From Limnochordia bacterium (lineage in GTDB: Bacteria > Bacillota > Limnochordia > DTU080), in assembly GCA_050951545.1 (NCBI GenBank), contig JBMNJG010000007.1, positions 160,001 through 224,000 of the forward strand: a DNA stretch of 64,000 nt, written 5' to 3'. Shown in pieces: positions 30,524 through 39,881 of the stretch (the stretch's first letter is position 1; every line of letters starts with the position of its first letter). Under the pieces are notes generated by a model. That model was not told the DNA's origin and did no database searches. It was given only the letters and a program-made list of their open reading frames with translations. The translations under genes and the position numbers were made by a program.

Positions 30524-31150
30524 CTATCGTCCATCGCGCCCAGTCCTCCGGTTGAGTTTTGAAGTTACGACGAAGTCTCCCTGAGTGAAGCGGCGCTCCA
30601 GAGGGCCCACTCCTGGTGCGTAGAAGAAGTCTGTGGTAGCTGCATCGGCAGTTGCGTCGGTGGCGACTATGCGCACATGCACGACATGCTTAAACGTCCC
30701 TACAGGCACTGTATGCGTGGCTTTGCTGGTGAGCAGCGTCGCCTCGGCAGCATTGGGTAGTTTCCATTGAGTACCTTCACGCAGAGGCCAGGGAAGGAGT
30801 TTCCTATCCTTCGTCTTGTCTCGCTGTGTGATGGCCGGACTCTGGAGCAGGCTCTCTCCAGAGTAGTGCTCCCCTTGAGAGAGAATCTCGTATGCCCCGT
30901 CATGACGGAGCTCGATTACTCGCGCGAGAACTGTACCGCCGTTGGCCTCCATAACCTGGTAGAGGTTCCCATTGGCATGTGACACTTGGGCGGTAAACGT
31001 CGCGTACTCGTTTCCTTCACCGACGTACTCAAAACGGTTTCCCACCTGCAGGCCAAGCAGATCGCGTAGGACCGCTATGGCTTGCTGCCGGCCGCAGCCG
31101 CCTGTGAGCAAAGCCAGCGTGATAACGATGGATACAGCAAACCGCAACAT
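30524..31150 (-). CDS. Putative lipoprotein
   Basis: Signal with lipobox-like LTGGC; GEGNEYA, TVPVGTF, FYAPGVG. Confidence 0.7.
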   Translation of the reverse strand: MLRFAVSIVITLALLTGGCGRQQAIAVLRDLLGLQVGNRFEYVGEGNEYATFTAQVSHANGNLYQVMEANGGTVLARVIELRHDGAYEILSQGEHYSGESLLQSPAITQRDKTKDRKLLPWPLREGTQWKLPNAAEATLLTSKATHTVPVGTFKHVVHVRIVATDATADAATTDFFYAPGVGPLERRFTQGDFVVTSKLNRRTGRDGR

Positions 31151-31219
31151 CCAGATTCCCCCTGAAGGCGTGTGTGTTTACTATACCCGGAGTATCGAAA
31201 ATGCAACGCTGGTCGCCTA

Positions 31220-31798
31220 TCAGGCATCCAGGTGGGCAAGGCTCTTGATGATCTGCACGATGCGTGACAGACGTCGCTCACTCCACTCGCCCCACAGGAT
31301 AAGGTCTGCCACCGCCTTGGTCGGAGCTGTGAATGCTCGGTGGTTGTGCAACACGTCCTGGCGATACCACGAGATCACGTTGCCAAGGTCGAGTCCATGT
31401 TGGTTGACATTGCGCTCGACGCGCCGCAACACGCGTTCTTCGTCGTCCATGTCCACGTAGATGGAAAGGTCAACCATCTCGGCGAGCCAAGTGAAGGTGA
31501 GGCAAAGGTGGCCTTCGACAAGGTTGATGCGGCGAGGTTCGACGTTGTAGGCGGGGCGTTGTCCGCGAGCTGGCACATGTGCGGGTTCGCCCTGCCGCAG
31601 TGCATAGACTGCAGTCCGCAGTTGTTCTTCGTCGATGCTCTCAGGGCGGTTGTTTGTGGTCGTGCCCGGACGGAAGAAGGCATCGGTGCGCAGAATGCTC
31701 ACGTGATCCGCACCGATGCGCTCTTGCAGAGCGGTTACCAGCGTGCTCTTGCCTGCCCCGGTGCCGCCGCCTATGCCGATCAGAAGTGTTTGTCTCAT
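31220..31798 (-). CDS. Uridine kinase/phosphoribulokinase family kinase
   Basis: IGIGGGTGAGKST, LVEGHL, IYVD, RRVERN; GGAGGT RBS before ATG 31798. Confidence 0.85.
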   Translation of the reverse strand: MRQTLLIGIGGGTGAGKSTLVTALQERIGADHVSILRTDAFFRPGTTTNNRPESIDEEQLRTAVYALRQGEPAHVPARGQRPAYNVEPRRINLVEGHLCLTFTWLAEMVDLSIYVDMDDEERVLRRVERNVNQHGLDLGNVISWYRQDVLHNHRAFTAPTKAVADLILWGEWSERRLSRIVQIIKSLAHLDA

Positions 31799-31868
31799 GG
31801 AAGACCTCCAAACCATCGCATTGCGTGACCAATTCGGTTGCGATGGTTCGAAGTCCTGGCAGCGGGTG

Positions 31869-32403
31869 TCAGCGGCGTAGGCTACTCGCAGCCACCAGCG
31901 CCTCAAAGAGGCTGGCTACGCCTAGCGTAGCTGGCTCCTCAAGCAAGATACCGCCTGCGGCCTGGGTAGCGGCCAAGACTAACGGGTCTGCATTGGGAAC
32001 AGCTGCTGTGAGGTTGCCGCAGGAGCCATCGAGCATGGTGAGATCGTTGAGGGAGTCACCTACGGCCACTGCCTGGGACATGAGGAGCCCCAGATGCTCC
32101 ACGAGGTGTGCCAGAGCGAATCCCTTCCGGGAGAGGGGGTGACGCAGTGACAGCAGTCTACTGTTGCGGACAGGTATGAGAGCCGCTGCGTGGTTCTGCG
32201 CAATCTCATCAGCCAGAGCTAGCTGCTCGCGCTCATTGGTTAGATTGCGGACGGGGTGGGGGACAGGATGCCAGGTGGGTGAGGCGCAATCTGGGTCTAC
32301 GATGAACCTGCCCACGTGGGCCCAGCAGCGTACCATCGAGGTCGGTCGCAAGGAGCCGGATGGCAGCAAGTCTTTCGTCTGGGCAAAGCTGACTGTCTGG
32401 CAT
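31869..32403 (-). pseudogene. Broken Cof-type HAD hydrolase
   Basis: ATG 32403 frame has LLATDLDGTLL and then stops; RKG and VGDSLNDLTM motifs are in another frame; 535 nt total is too short, so most of the cap region is missing. Confidence 0.75.
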
Positions 32404-32586
32404 TAGGAAACCTCTCTCTGTTGGCAGCGTGCATGCGTGCCCTTGGTGGTCTGTGGAGCCTTGGGCATAGTTCTTGCCAGTGTGTGCCTCATCCTGCTTC
32501 GTGGCGTGAGAGCGGCGGCTCAGGGGTTGGCCGATGCGCAGATCAAGCTGACCAACATGCTGGCGAGCAGTCTCAAGCAGTAGCCG

Positions 32587-33807
32587 CTAGCCTACGTGGC
32601 TGAGGTAGGAGTCACCGCTCAAGGCTAGGGCGTAGGTATCACGGGCGATAACGATCTCCTCGTTTGTGGGGATCACCCAAACTTGCACAGGGCCTGTGGA
32701 GATACACCGCTCCGCTGGCCCCTCGATGTTAGTCTCGGCGTCAAGGGCGATGCCGAGGAACCCCATATTCTGGCATATTCTAGCCCGGCAACCGGCTGAG
32801 CGCTCCCCCACACCACCGGAAAAGACCAGGGTGTCAATTCCTCCCATGGCCGCGGCGTAGGCCCCGACATACTTACGACAGCGGTAGACAAAGGCGTCAA
32901 TGGCTAAACGGGCCCTGGCATTCCCCTGCGCGGCGGCTTCCGCTACTTCGCGATAATCGCTACTGATACCAGAGATGCCAAGCCAACCGCTTTTCTGGTT
33001 GAGCAGAGCATCCATGGCATCCGCATCTAGACCCTCCTTGCGCATCAGGAAGGTAACGGCCAGGGGGTCGATGTCGCCGCAGCGAGTAGATTGTACAAGG
33101 CCTTCTGTAGGGGTCAGGCCTGTACTGACGTCAACCGAGCGACCATGGCAGAAGGCGTTGGCGGTCGTACCGCTCCCCAGCATCAGCGAGACGATTTTCA
33201 ACTCAGATGTGGAACGTCTCATCAGCTGAGCGACGCGGCCTGTCATGTAGCGAAACGTAATACCGTGGAAGCCGTAACGCCGGACGCGGTACTTTTCGTA
33301 CAGTTCGTAAGGGATAGCGTACGTAAAGTGGGCAGGCGGCATGGCCTGGTGCAAGCCACTGTCAAAGACGGCGACCATTACCGCGTGCGGCATGAGCTTC
33401 TGGCATGCTCTAATGCCAGTGACGTTGGGTGGGTTATGCAGGGGAGCAAGCTCATAGAAGTCCTCAAGGGTCTGCAATACGTCTTTGGTGATGCGCACCG
33501 AACCTGTGTAGGTCTCTCCACCGTGTACGACGCGATGGCCTACCGCGTCGATATCCGTCGGATCTGCGACAGCACCTACCTCTGGGTCAAGCAGGGTTTC
33601 GAGGGCCATGGCGATAGCGTGTTGGTGATCCGCTACGGGACACCCGCGTACAAAAGGCTGTGCAAGAGGCCTTTCGTGTCTGACAACGGCATCTTGTCTG
33701 CCGATGCGCTCGACACTGCCTCGGGCCAGCACCTGCTCTGTGGGCATCTCCAAGAGCTGGTACTTCAGCGAAGAGCCGCCGCAGTTGAGCACCAATACCC
33801 TCACCAA
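32587..33807 (-). CDS. ackA: Acetate/propionate kinase family protein (BMC-associated copy 1)
   Basis: LVLNCGGSSLKYQL, GHRVVHGG, LAPLHNP, YGFHG, IPTNEE. Confidence 0.92.
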   Translation of the reverse strand: MVRVLVLNCGGSSLKYQLLEMPTEQVLARGSVERIGRQDAVVRHERPLAQPFVRGCPVADHQHAIAMALETLLDPEVGAVADPTDIDAVGHRVVHGGETYTGSVRITKDVLQTLEDFYELAPLHNPPNVTGIRACQKLMPHAVMVAVFDSGLHQAMPPAHFTYAIPYELYEKYRVRRYGFHGITFRYMTGRVAQLMRRSTSELKIVSLMLGSGTTANAFCHGRSVDVSTGLTPTEGLVQSTRCGDIDPLAVTFLMRKEGLDADAMDALLNQKSGWLGISGISSDYREVAEAAAQGNARARLAIDAFVYRCRKYVGAYAAAMGGIDTLVFSGGVGERSAGCRARICQNMGFLGIALDAETNIEGPAERCISTGPVQVWVIPTNEEIVIARDTYALALSGDSYLSHVG

Positions 33808-33821
33808 AGACCCCTCCCTGT

Positions 33822-35228
33822 CTAGTACTGAGCCAGGGCGTTGCAGACGGTTGCATTGCGCTGGCGGGTAAATGTGCGCGGAGTGCAGATCCCTTCACCT
33901 GTAGTGCTGGCCACAGTATGGGTGAATAGGCCCGTGCCCTCGATGCCCAGGCCCGCATAGGAAGGTCCGTTAACCACGACAATGGTTGTGTTAAGCGCCC
34001 GGATATACTGGTCAATGCGCTCGAGGCGCTGGCTGTGAATCTGGCCCGTATGGCCAAACCCTTGCTCCGCCTGAATGGCCAGCTGTAGGCCCTCGGAAAA
34101 GTCCTCTACCCGCACGACAGGAAGAATGGGCATCATCTGCTCGAGAAAAACCAGTGGGTGTTCAGCCGAGACTTCCATGATGGCGCCCAGAGTCTGTTGA
34201 GAAGCCTCAATACCAGCTGCCCGGAGGATAGCAGCAGCATCCTTCCCCACGAATTCGCCGTTGATGTGATTGTCTTTGACCACCAGGGTAGTAACCTTCT
34301 CGATGTCGCTTCCGCGCAGCCTAACGCAGCCAGCCTGCTCCATCTGCTCCATAAGCTGGTCGCATATCTCCGCCACGGCAAAGATAACTTTCTCAGCGAT
34401 GCACAGGATATTGTTGTCGAAGGTAGCTCCAGCGACGATATCCTGGGCGGCTTTGACGATATCCGCGGTTTCATCGACGAGCACGGGAGGGTTACCGGGA
34501 CCTGCGGCGATGGCTCGCTTGCCACTGGTCAGGGCGGCCTTGACTACCCCGGGTCCACCCGCAACGGTGACTAGGCTGATGGCAGGATGCGCCATCACTT
34601 CGTTTACAATCTCTACGCTTACTTTGTCCACAGCGACAAGCAGGTTGGCAGGTCCGCCAGCCGCTACGATTGCTTGGTTGACAGTGCGCAGGGCTTCTCT
34701 GGTGCATGCGGCTGCTCTAGGATGAGGGCAGCAAAAAACCGCATTGCCCGAAGCCACCATCATAATAGCCTGATTGATGATCATCGGCGTGGGGTGGGTG
34801 GTAGGCAGAATGCTACAGATAACCCCATAGGGTGCTGCCTGAGTAAGCGCAGTTCCGTAGGCGCCAGTCTGTACGTCTCTCAGCAGATCCTCGGTTCCCG
34901 GAGTGAGCTGAGCGGCGTTGATGTTCTTTTGCACCTTATGTTCGTAGCGCCCTAAGCCAGTTTCATCGATGGTCAACCGAGCAAAGCGCTCGGCGTGAGC
35001 TACCCCTGTCTCGCGGATAGCTGCAATCAGGCGTTCACGGCTAGCGAGATCAAGCTTAGCCAATTGCTTCTGGGCTTGGGCGGCCGCAGTTGCTGCTTGA
35101 TCGACGGTGGCAAAAACACCGTGTCCTAGCTCGTGATCCATATTCGGTGAGCTAGAGGGAGCGCTCTGTCTGAGGTTGGCCACCACTTGGGCCACAATCT
35201 CGGCAATACGTGCATTATCAATGGCCAT
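33822..35228 (-). CDS. CoA-acylating aldehyde dehydrogenase (EutE/PduP-like) with N-terminal encapsulation peptide
   Basis: NARIAEIVAQVVANL helix plus linker; DETGLGR, GPGNPPVLVDETAD, catalytic NNILCIAEK, TGEG. Confidence 0.93.
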   Translation of the reverse strand: MAIDNARIAEIVAQVVANLRQSAPSSSPNMDHELGHGVFATVDQAATAAAQAQKQLAKLDLASRERLIAAIRETGVAHAERFARLTIDETGLGRYEHKVQKNINAAQLTPGTEDLLRDVQTGAYGTALTQAAPYGVICSILPTTHPTPMIINQAIMMVASGNAVFCCPHPRAAACTREALRTVNQAIVAAGGPANLLVAVDKVSVEIVNEVMAHPAISLVTVAGGPGVVKAALTSGKRAIAAGPGNPPVLVDETADIVKAAQDIVAGATFDNNILCIAEKVIFAVAEICDQLMEQMEQAGCVRLRGSDIEKVTTLVVKDNHINGEFVGKDAAAILRAAGIEASQQTLGAIMEVSAEHPLVFLEQMMPILPVVRVEDFSEGLQLAIQAEQGFGHTGQIHSQRLERIDQYIRALNTTIVVVNGPSYAGLGIEGTGLFTHTVASTTGEGICTPRTFTRQRNATVCNALAQY

Positions 35229-35309
35229 ATCGACACCTAACCAGCTTGCCTGGCTAGGAAGCACCTCCCTAAGGAATCGTGTTATGCCTGCGGTTGCCTC
35301 GATGTGGGG

Positions 35310-36116
35310 CTAACCGTCGATGGCTGTCAGTACTTCCTGCGCTACTTTGGTTATCAGGCGGACAAGCTCCTCTTCATTCATGCGGGACGCCGGTCGCTGC
35401 TCAGTGGTCACACGGCCCTCAGCGTCGACGACAGGGCTTGACGTGCAAGACTCTGATACAGCAGGATGGCGACCCTGGATACCCATTTTCTGGCGTACCT
35501 CCAGGAGTTTGTCTACGTTTTGGGCTGATATCTCCCTTTCGCCTCCGAGCATCCGGGCGGCGAGACTGATCTGGGCAGCTAGTTCGATGGTCTCCATCTT
35601 GTAATAGGCATTGAATAGATCGGTACCGACCGTCAGGGCGCCGTGATTCTCAAGGAGAACCGCATCGTGACACCCAAGGTGATCCTTCAGGGCTTCTGGT
35701 AGTTCCTGGGTGGAAGGGGTACCGTAGCGCGCTACGGGTATCCAACCCAAGCTGATGACGACTTCGGGCATGATGGGTTTGTAGATAGGCATACCAGCGA
35801 CGGCAAATGCCGTAGCGTGTGGCGGGTGGGCATGCACGACAGATTGGGTATCTGGTCGCATTTCATATACCGCCAAGTGCATCTTCAACTCTGAGGATGG
35901 TTGCAGACGACCAGAAATCTTCTGACCTTGCATATCCACCTTGATGATCATGTCGGGCGTCATAAAGCCCTTGCTTACGCCGGTCGGTGTGGTAAGAAGA
36001 TGGTGGTCACCTAGCCTAACCGTGATGTTGCCGTCGTTGGCGGCCACAAAGCCCCGTGACCATATGCGACGACCAATCTCACAGATGTCTCTGCGCAACT
36101 CAAACTCGGAAGGCAT
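35310..36116 (-). CDS. Class II (fuculose-1-phosphate-like) aldolase with C-terminal encapsulation peptide
   Basis: ANDGNIT, TPTG, PSSE, VHAHP, ENHG all intact; tail NEEELVRLITKVAQEVL. Confidence 0.92.
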   Translation of the reverse strand: MPSEFELRRDICEIGRRIWSRGFVAANDGNITVRLGDHHLLTTPTGVSKGFMTPDMIIKVDMQGQKISGRLQPSSELKMHLAVYEMRPDTQSVVHAHPPHATAFAVAGMPIYKPIMPEVVISLGWIPVARYGTPSTQELPEALKDHLGCHDAVLLENHGALTVGTDLFNAYYKMETIELAAQISLAARMLGGEREISAQNVDKLLEVRQKMGIQGRHPAVSESCTSSPVVDAEGRVTTEQRPASRMNEEELVRLITKVAQEVLTAIDG

Positions 36117-36133
36117 GGTTTGTTACCCCCGTT

Positions 36134-36176
36134 ATATCGGCAAGTGGATGAAGCATATCGGCGATTGTTTCGACAA
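36134..36176. promoter_or_regulatory. Candidate operator in the divergent BMC promoter region
   Basis: ATATCGGC direct repeat at 36134 and 36155 (21-bp period) and TTGT-N4-ACAA at 36165-36176. Confidence 0.35.
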
Positions 36177-36301
36177 CGGAGGCGAGGGCTCCTGCGGTCT
36201 GCGCAATTTGGGTCAGGTGATACCAGGAACGCAGTCTGTGCGCGTGGAAGTAACCAAAACCGGGAGTCGATGATGCGCAAGAGACCCGGTACCTGGAGGA
36301 T

Positions 36302-37156
36302 ATGAACATGGTGGCACTAGAACCCCAGATACGTCGCGATATGGTTGCCGTAGGCAGAGAGTTGTCAGCAGCGGGGCTCGTTACCTCTACGCACGGCAGT
36401 CTTTCAGCACGTCTCGATAGCGACCTCATATTGGTTACACCATCAGGGGTGGCTAAAGGTGAGCTTACTCGGGCGAGCGCCGTGAAGATCTCACTCAGCG
36501 GCAAACGAGAGTTCGTCGGTGCTAAGCCGACTTCTGCGTTGCCTTTGCACAAAGCGCTCTACACAACATCGCCTGCAGCAGCCATCGTGCACGGGCTGCC
36601 TAGCCACGCTCTCGCTACCCTGAAATCCGTGTCGGCCTCTCTGGAAAGCGGGCAGAGTGAACATGTCAGGCTGGGGGCCACGTCGGTGCTCGTGGTCGGA
36701 GGAGCCAATGCAAGTCAGGCTGCGGAAGCGATTGAGGCGGCTTTAGGAGATGCTCAGGCAGTCTGTGTAGACGGTCTCGGCCTTTTCACTTGGGGCAACA
36801 ACCTTGCGTTGGCTATGGGAAAACTGCAGTCGCTCGAGGAGGTCGCTGCTTCCTCACAGAGCGCGCCCGTTGCCCATGCCGAGCGATCTGATGCAGAAAG
36901 GCCTGTGGGGCAGTCGGGTACGCAGCTGGTTGCGGGAGAAGCCTCCCCTGTGGCGAGTACCGGGATTTCCGTCTCTCCTCGTACCTACAGCGAAGCGTGC
37001 AATGCCTGCGGGTTGTGCACTAACAGTGGGGGTTGTGTGCCCTCTGCGCGGCAAGAGGTAGCTTTGGACGCCCTCCATCGGCTTACGGATGCTGAGCTCG
37101 TGGCGCTTGTTGTCGAAGCCACGCGCGAAGTGCTCACGGAGAAGGGGCTTTTATGA
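36302..37156 (+). CDS. Degenerate class II aldolase-fold protein with Cys motif and encapsulation peptide
   Basis: GSLSAR/VTPSG/LPLHKALY aldolase N-terminus, catalytic residues replaced; CNACGLC-x5-C; tail LTDAELVALVVEATREVL. Confidence 0.85.
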   Translation: MNMVALEPQIRRDMVAVGRELSAAGLVTSTHGSLSARLDSDLILVTPSGVAKGELTRASAVKISLSGKREFVGAKPTSALPLHKALYTTSPAAAIVHGLPSHALATLKSVSASLESGQSEHVRLGATSVLVVGGANASQAAEAIEAALGDAQAVCVDGLGLFTWGNNLALAMGKLQSLEEVAASSQSAPVAHAERSDAERPVGQSGTQLVAGEASPVASTGISVSPRTYSEACNACGLCTNSGGCVPSARQEVALDALHRLTDAELVALVVEATREVLTEKGLL

Positions 37157-37716
37157 GTGCTCAATCTCCTACGAGTCGTTCAGCGTTGGGCTTGGTAGAG
37201 CTGCGCGGGGAGCTGGCAGGCTTTCAGCTGCTCGATATTGCCATCAAACACGGTGGCGTCGGTTCTGCCTTTGGCCGTCCGGTGTGCCCGGGCAAGTTTC
37301 TGGTGTTTTTGTCGGGTAGTGTGGCTACTGTGCGTTCTGCATTGGCGGCTGGAGTCGCCTCTGGCGTCGGAATGCAGACCGCACCTGTGGTGTTGCCAAG
37401 CGTGCATGCCGATGTGTGGCCAGCCCTTACAGGTACGACAGATGGTGCAGATGGGGATGGCCTGGCTGTACTGGAGACCTACTCTGCGTCATCAGCTGTG
37501 TTGGCCGCCGATGCTGTAGCCAAGGCGGCTGGAGTGCAGCTGCTACGTATTCGTTTGGCCAGTGGGCTGGGGGGCAAAGGCGTTGTGTTTCTCTCCGGAC
37601 TCGTCGCTGATCTGCGTGAGGCTGAGGTCGTAGCTCAACGAGTCGCGGGCGACCATCTTCTGGATAGTCGCGTGCTCGCGTCACCACATCCTCGTGTGTG
37701 GCAGTTCGTGTTGTAG
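37153..37716 (+). CDS. pduT: BMC-T tandem shell protein (PduT-like)
   Basis: ALGLVE, VCPGKF, AADAVAKAA, GLGGKG. Confidence 0.85.
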   Translation: MSAQSPTSRSALGLVELRGELAGFQLLDIAIKHGGVGSAFGRPVCPGKFLVFLSGSVATVRSALAAGVASGVGMQTAPVVLPSVHADVWPALTGTTDGADGDGLAVLETYSASSAVLAADAVAKAAGVQLLRIRLASGLGGKGVVFLSGLVADLREAEVVAQRVAGDHLLDSRVLASPHPRVWQFVL

Positions 37717-37809
37717 CACTGGGCGCTCGACACCGCCCGCGAGGAACCAGTGAGACAAGACGCGCTGATGCAGGGCGCGGGCAGGACTTGTGAAAGGGGG
37801 CCGTTTGCG

Positions 37810-38109
37810 GTGATCCTGGGCAAAGTGGTGGGTACCGTCGTCTCTACGCAAAAGGATCCCAACCTGGTTGGGCTGAAGCTTCAGTTGGTTCAGGCTGTCA
37901 GTGTGAAGGATCAGCAGCCCGAGGGACGGACCCTGGTGGCGGTTGACAGTGTCGGGGCAGGTGTAGGGGATCTGGTGATGTTGGTGACTGGTAGTTCGGC
38001 GCGGCTGACCGCTCTCACGCGTCAAGCTCCCACCGATGCTACCATCGTGGCCATTGTCGATATTGTGGAAGTCGACGGGACGGTCGTTTTTGGCGGAGGA
38101 CAGCTGTGA
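37810..38109 (+). CDS. eutN: BMC-P vertex protein (EutN/CcmL)
   Basis: GKVVGTVVSTQKDPNL, VAVDSVGAGVGD, GSSAR, DATIVAIVD; start moved to GTG 37810. Confidence 0.95.
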   Translation: MILGKVVGTVVSTQKDPNLVGLKLQLVQAVSVKDQQPEGRTLVAVDSVGAGVGDLVMLVTGSSARLTALTRQAPTDATIVAIVDIVEVDGTVVFGGGQL

Positions 38110-38396
38110 AATTCGCGCAGGTGATCGGCACAGTAGTCTGTGTGCAACAGGACAGTGCCCTGGACGGCATCAAATTACTGGTTCTGCAGCCGCTGAGCCA
38201 AGACTTGCGTCCAGCTGGCTCTGCTTACATCGCGGCTGATGGCACCCGCCAGGCCGGATACCAGGATATTGTGGTCGTCGTTTTCAGAGGCGATGCGCCC
38301 AATGTGTTTGAGCATTGGGTAGCAGTGGATGCCAGCATCGTCGGCATCGTCGATCCCTACTGTGTTCGCCAGCTCAGCGGTCGTCAGAAAGGATAG
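38106..38396 (+). CDS. BMC-P vertex protein (EutN/CcmL), divergent
   Basis: AQVIGTVV, LDGIKLLVLQP, VDASIVGIVD. Confidence 0.88.
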   Translation: MKFAQVIGTVVCVQQDSALDGIKLLVLQPLSQDLRPAGSAYIAADGTRQAGYQDIVVVVFRGDAPNVFEHWVAVDASIVGIVDPYCVRQLSGRQKG

Positions 38397-38400
38397 GCGC

Positions 38401-38670
38401 ATGTTTCTCGCGAAAGTGATTGCTCCGGTTGTCTGTTCAGTCATGCATCCCGCCTTCTCTGGCAAAGCCTTTCTGCTGGTTGAACAGGTAGAGCCCGGCG
38501 GCGATGATGGCGGCGAGTATCGTCTGGCGGTAGATTACGTGGGCGCCGGAGCTGGCGACATGGTGGTTGCAGGAGGACCGCCGGGCCTGGGAGAGATGCT
38601 GGGCCTGCCGCGTGCCCCAATCAGCACATGGGTCATGGCCATCGTGGAAAGGGCTGAAAGGCGCGAATGA
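38401..38670 (+). CDS. BMC-P vertex protein (EutN/CcmL), divergent
   Basis: MFLAKVI, AVDYVGAGAGD, VMAIVE. Confidence 0.85.
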   Translation: MFLAKVIAPVVCSVMHPAFSGKAFLLVEQVEPGGDDGGEYRLAVDYVGAGAGDMVVAGGPPGLGEMLGLPRAPISTWVMAIVERAERRE

Positions 38671-39866
38671 AGATACTGGTGCTCAACTGCGGCGGGTCTT
38701 CCTTTAAGTACCAGCTGCTGGACATGACGCAAGAGGTCGTGCTTGCTCGTGGCGGTCTCGATCGGATGGGCAGTGACGATGCCGTGCTCGTCCATCGGGT
38801 GGGCGATGAGACACGCCTTCAGGGTCCCACAAGTGTCCGGGGCTTCACCGATGGGATACGTTTTGTGGTCGATCGACTTATTCAGGATCGAGTGGTTTCG
38901 GGCGTAAGTGACATCAGCGCAGTAGCGCATAAACTCGCCCATGGCGGTGAGTTGTTTTCGGGGACGGTCCGCATCGACGATGAGGTGCTGGCGGCCCTGC
39001 GCCAGCTTGGCGCCCTTGCTCCGGTACACAACCCGCCGAATATCCGCGGCATTGAAGTCTGTCGCGATCTGTTGCCTGGCGTTCCGCAGATAGGCTCTTT
39101 TGAGACAGCGTTTCACAGAACAGTCCCCGCCAAGGCGTATACTTATGGTGTTCCTCATGAGTGGTACGAGCGCTATGGCGTGCGCAAGTATGGGTTTCAC
39201 GGCGCATCCCATAGCTACGTAGCACAACGGGTGGCTCATATGGTGGGGCGGCGGGCGAAAGACCTGCGTACGGTCTCGTGTCACTTGGGTAGTGGTACGT
39301 CTGTGGCGGCCATAGCCTTTGGGCGATCGATCGATATCAGTAGCGGGTTTACACCGCAGTCAGGAACGATCATGTCCACGCGTCCCGGTGATTTCGATCC
39401 CTGGGTCATCCCGTACATGGCGGATCAGACAGGTATGGACAATGATGCACTGAGTCAAGAGCTGGTCAGTCGGGGTGGACTTCTTGGCATCTCTGGGCTA
39501 AGCGGCGATATGCGGGATCTTGAGCGGGCCGCTGTCGAGGGCCATGAGCGAGCGCGTCTGGCGGTGGAAGTCTTCTGTTATCAGGTGAAAAAGTACATTG
39601 GCGCCTTTACCGCGGCTATGAATGGTCTGGACTGCCTCGTCTTCACTGGTGGGATCGGTGAGAACAGCGCGTCTGTACGTGCTGAGATAGCAGGGGGTCT
39701 CGAGTCGCTTGGCGTATATCTTGACGTTCCCAGGAACTCTGCTTGTGTTGGGGAGGGCCTCATCAGTATGGCAGATAGCCGCGTGCAGGTGGCAGTGGTA
39801 AAGGCAAACGAAGAGCTGGTGGTGGCCCGGCAGGCCGCGGAACTACTACGTAGCAGTCATTCCTGA
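38667..39866 (+). CDS. ackA: Acetate/propionate kinase family protein (BMC-associated copy 2)
   Basis: LVLNCGGSSFKY, LAPVHNP, YGFHGASH, CHLGSG, FTGGIGEN, ANEE. Confidence 0.92.
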   Translation: MKILVLNCGGSSFKYQLLDMTQEVVLARGGLDRMGSDDAVLVHRVGDETRLQGPTSVRGFTDGIRFVVDRLIQDRVVSGVSDISAVAHKLAHGGELFSGTVRIDDEVLAALRQLGALAPVHNPPNIRGIEVCRDLLPGVPQIGSFETAFHRTVPAKAYTYGVPHEWYERYGVRKYGFHGASHSYVAQRVAHMVGRRAKDLRTVSCHLGSGTSVAAIAFGRSIDISSGFTPQSGTIMSTRPGDFDPWVIPYMADQTGMDNDALSQELVSRGGLLGISGLSGDMRDLERAAVEGHERARLAVEVFCYQVKKYIGAFTAAMNGLDCLVFTGGIGENSASVRAEIAGGLESLGVYLDVPRNSACVGEGLISMADSRVQVAVVKANEELVVARQAAELLRSSHS

Positions 39867-39881
39867 AAGGCGGAATAGCCT

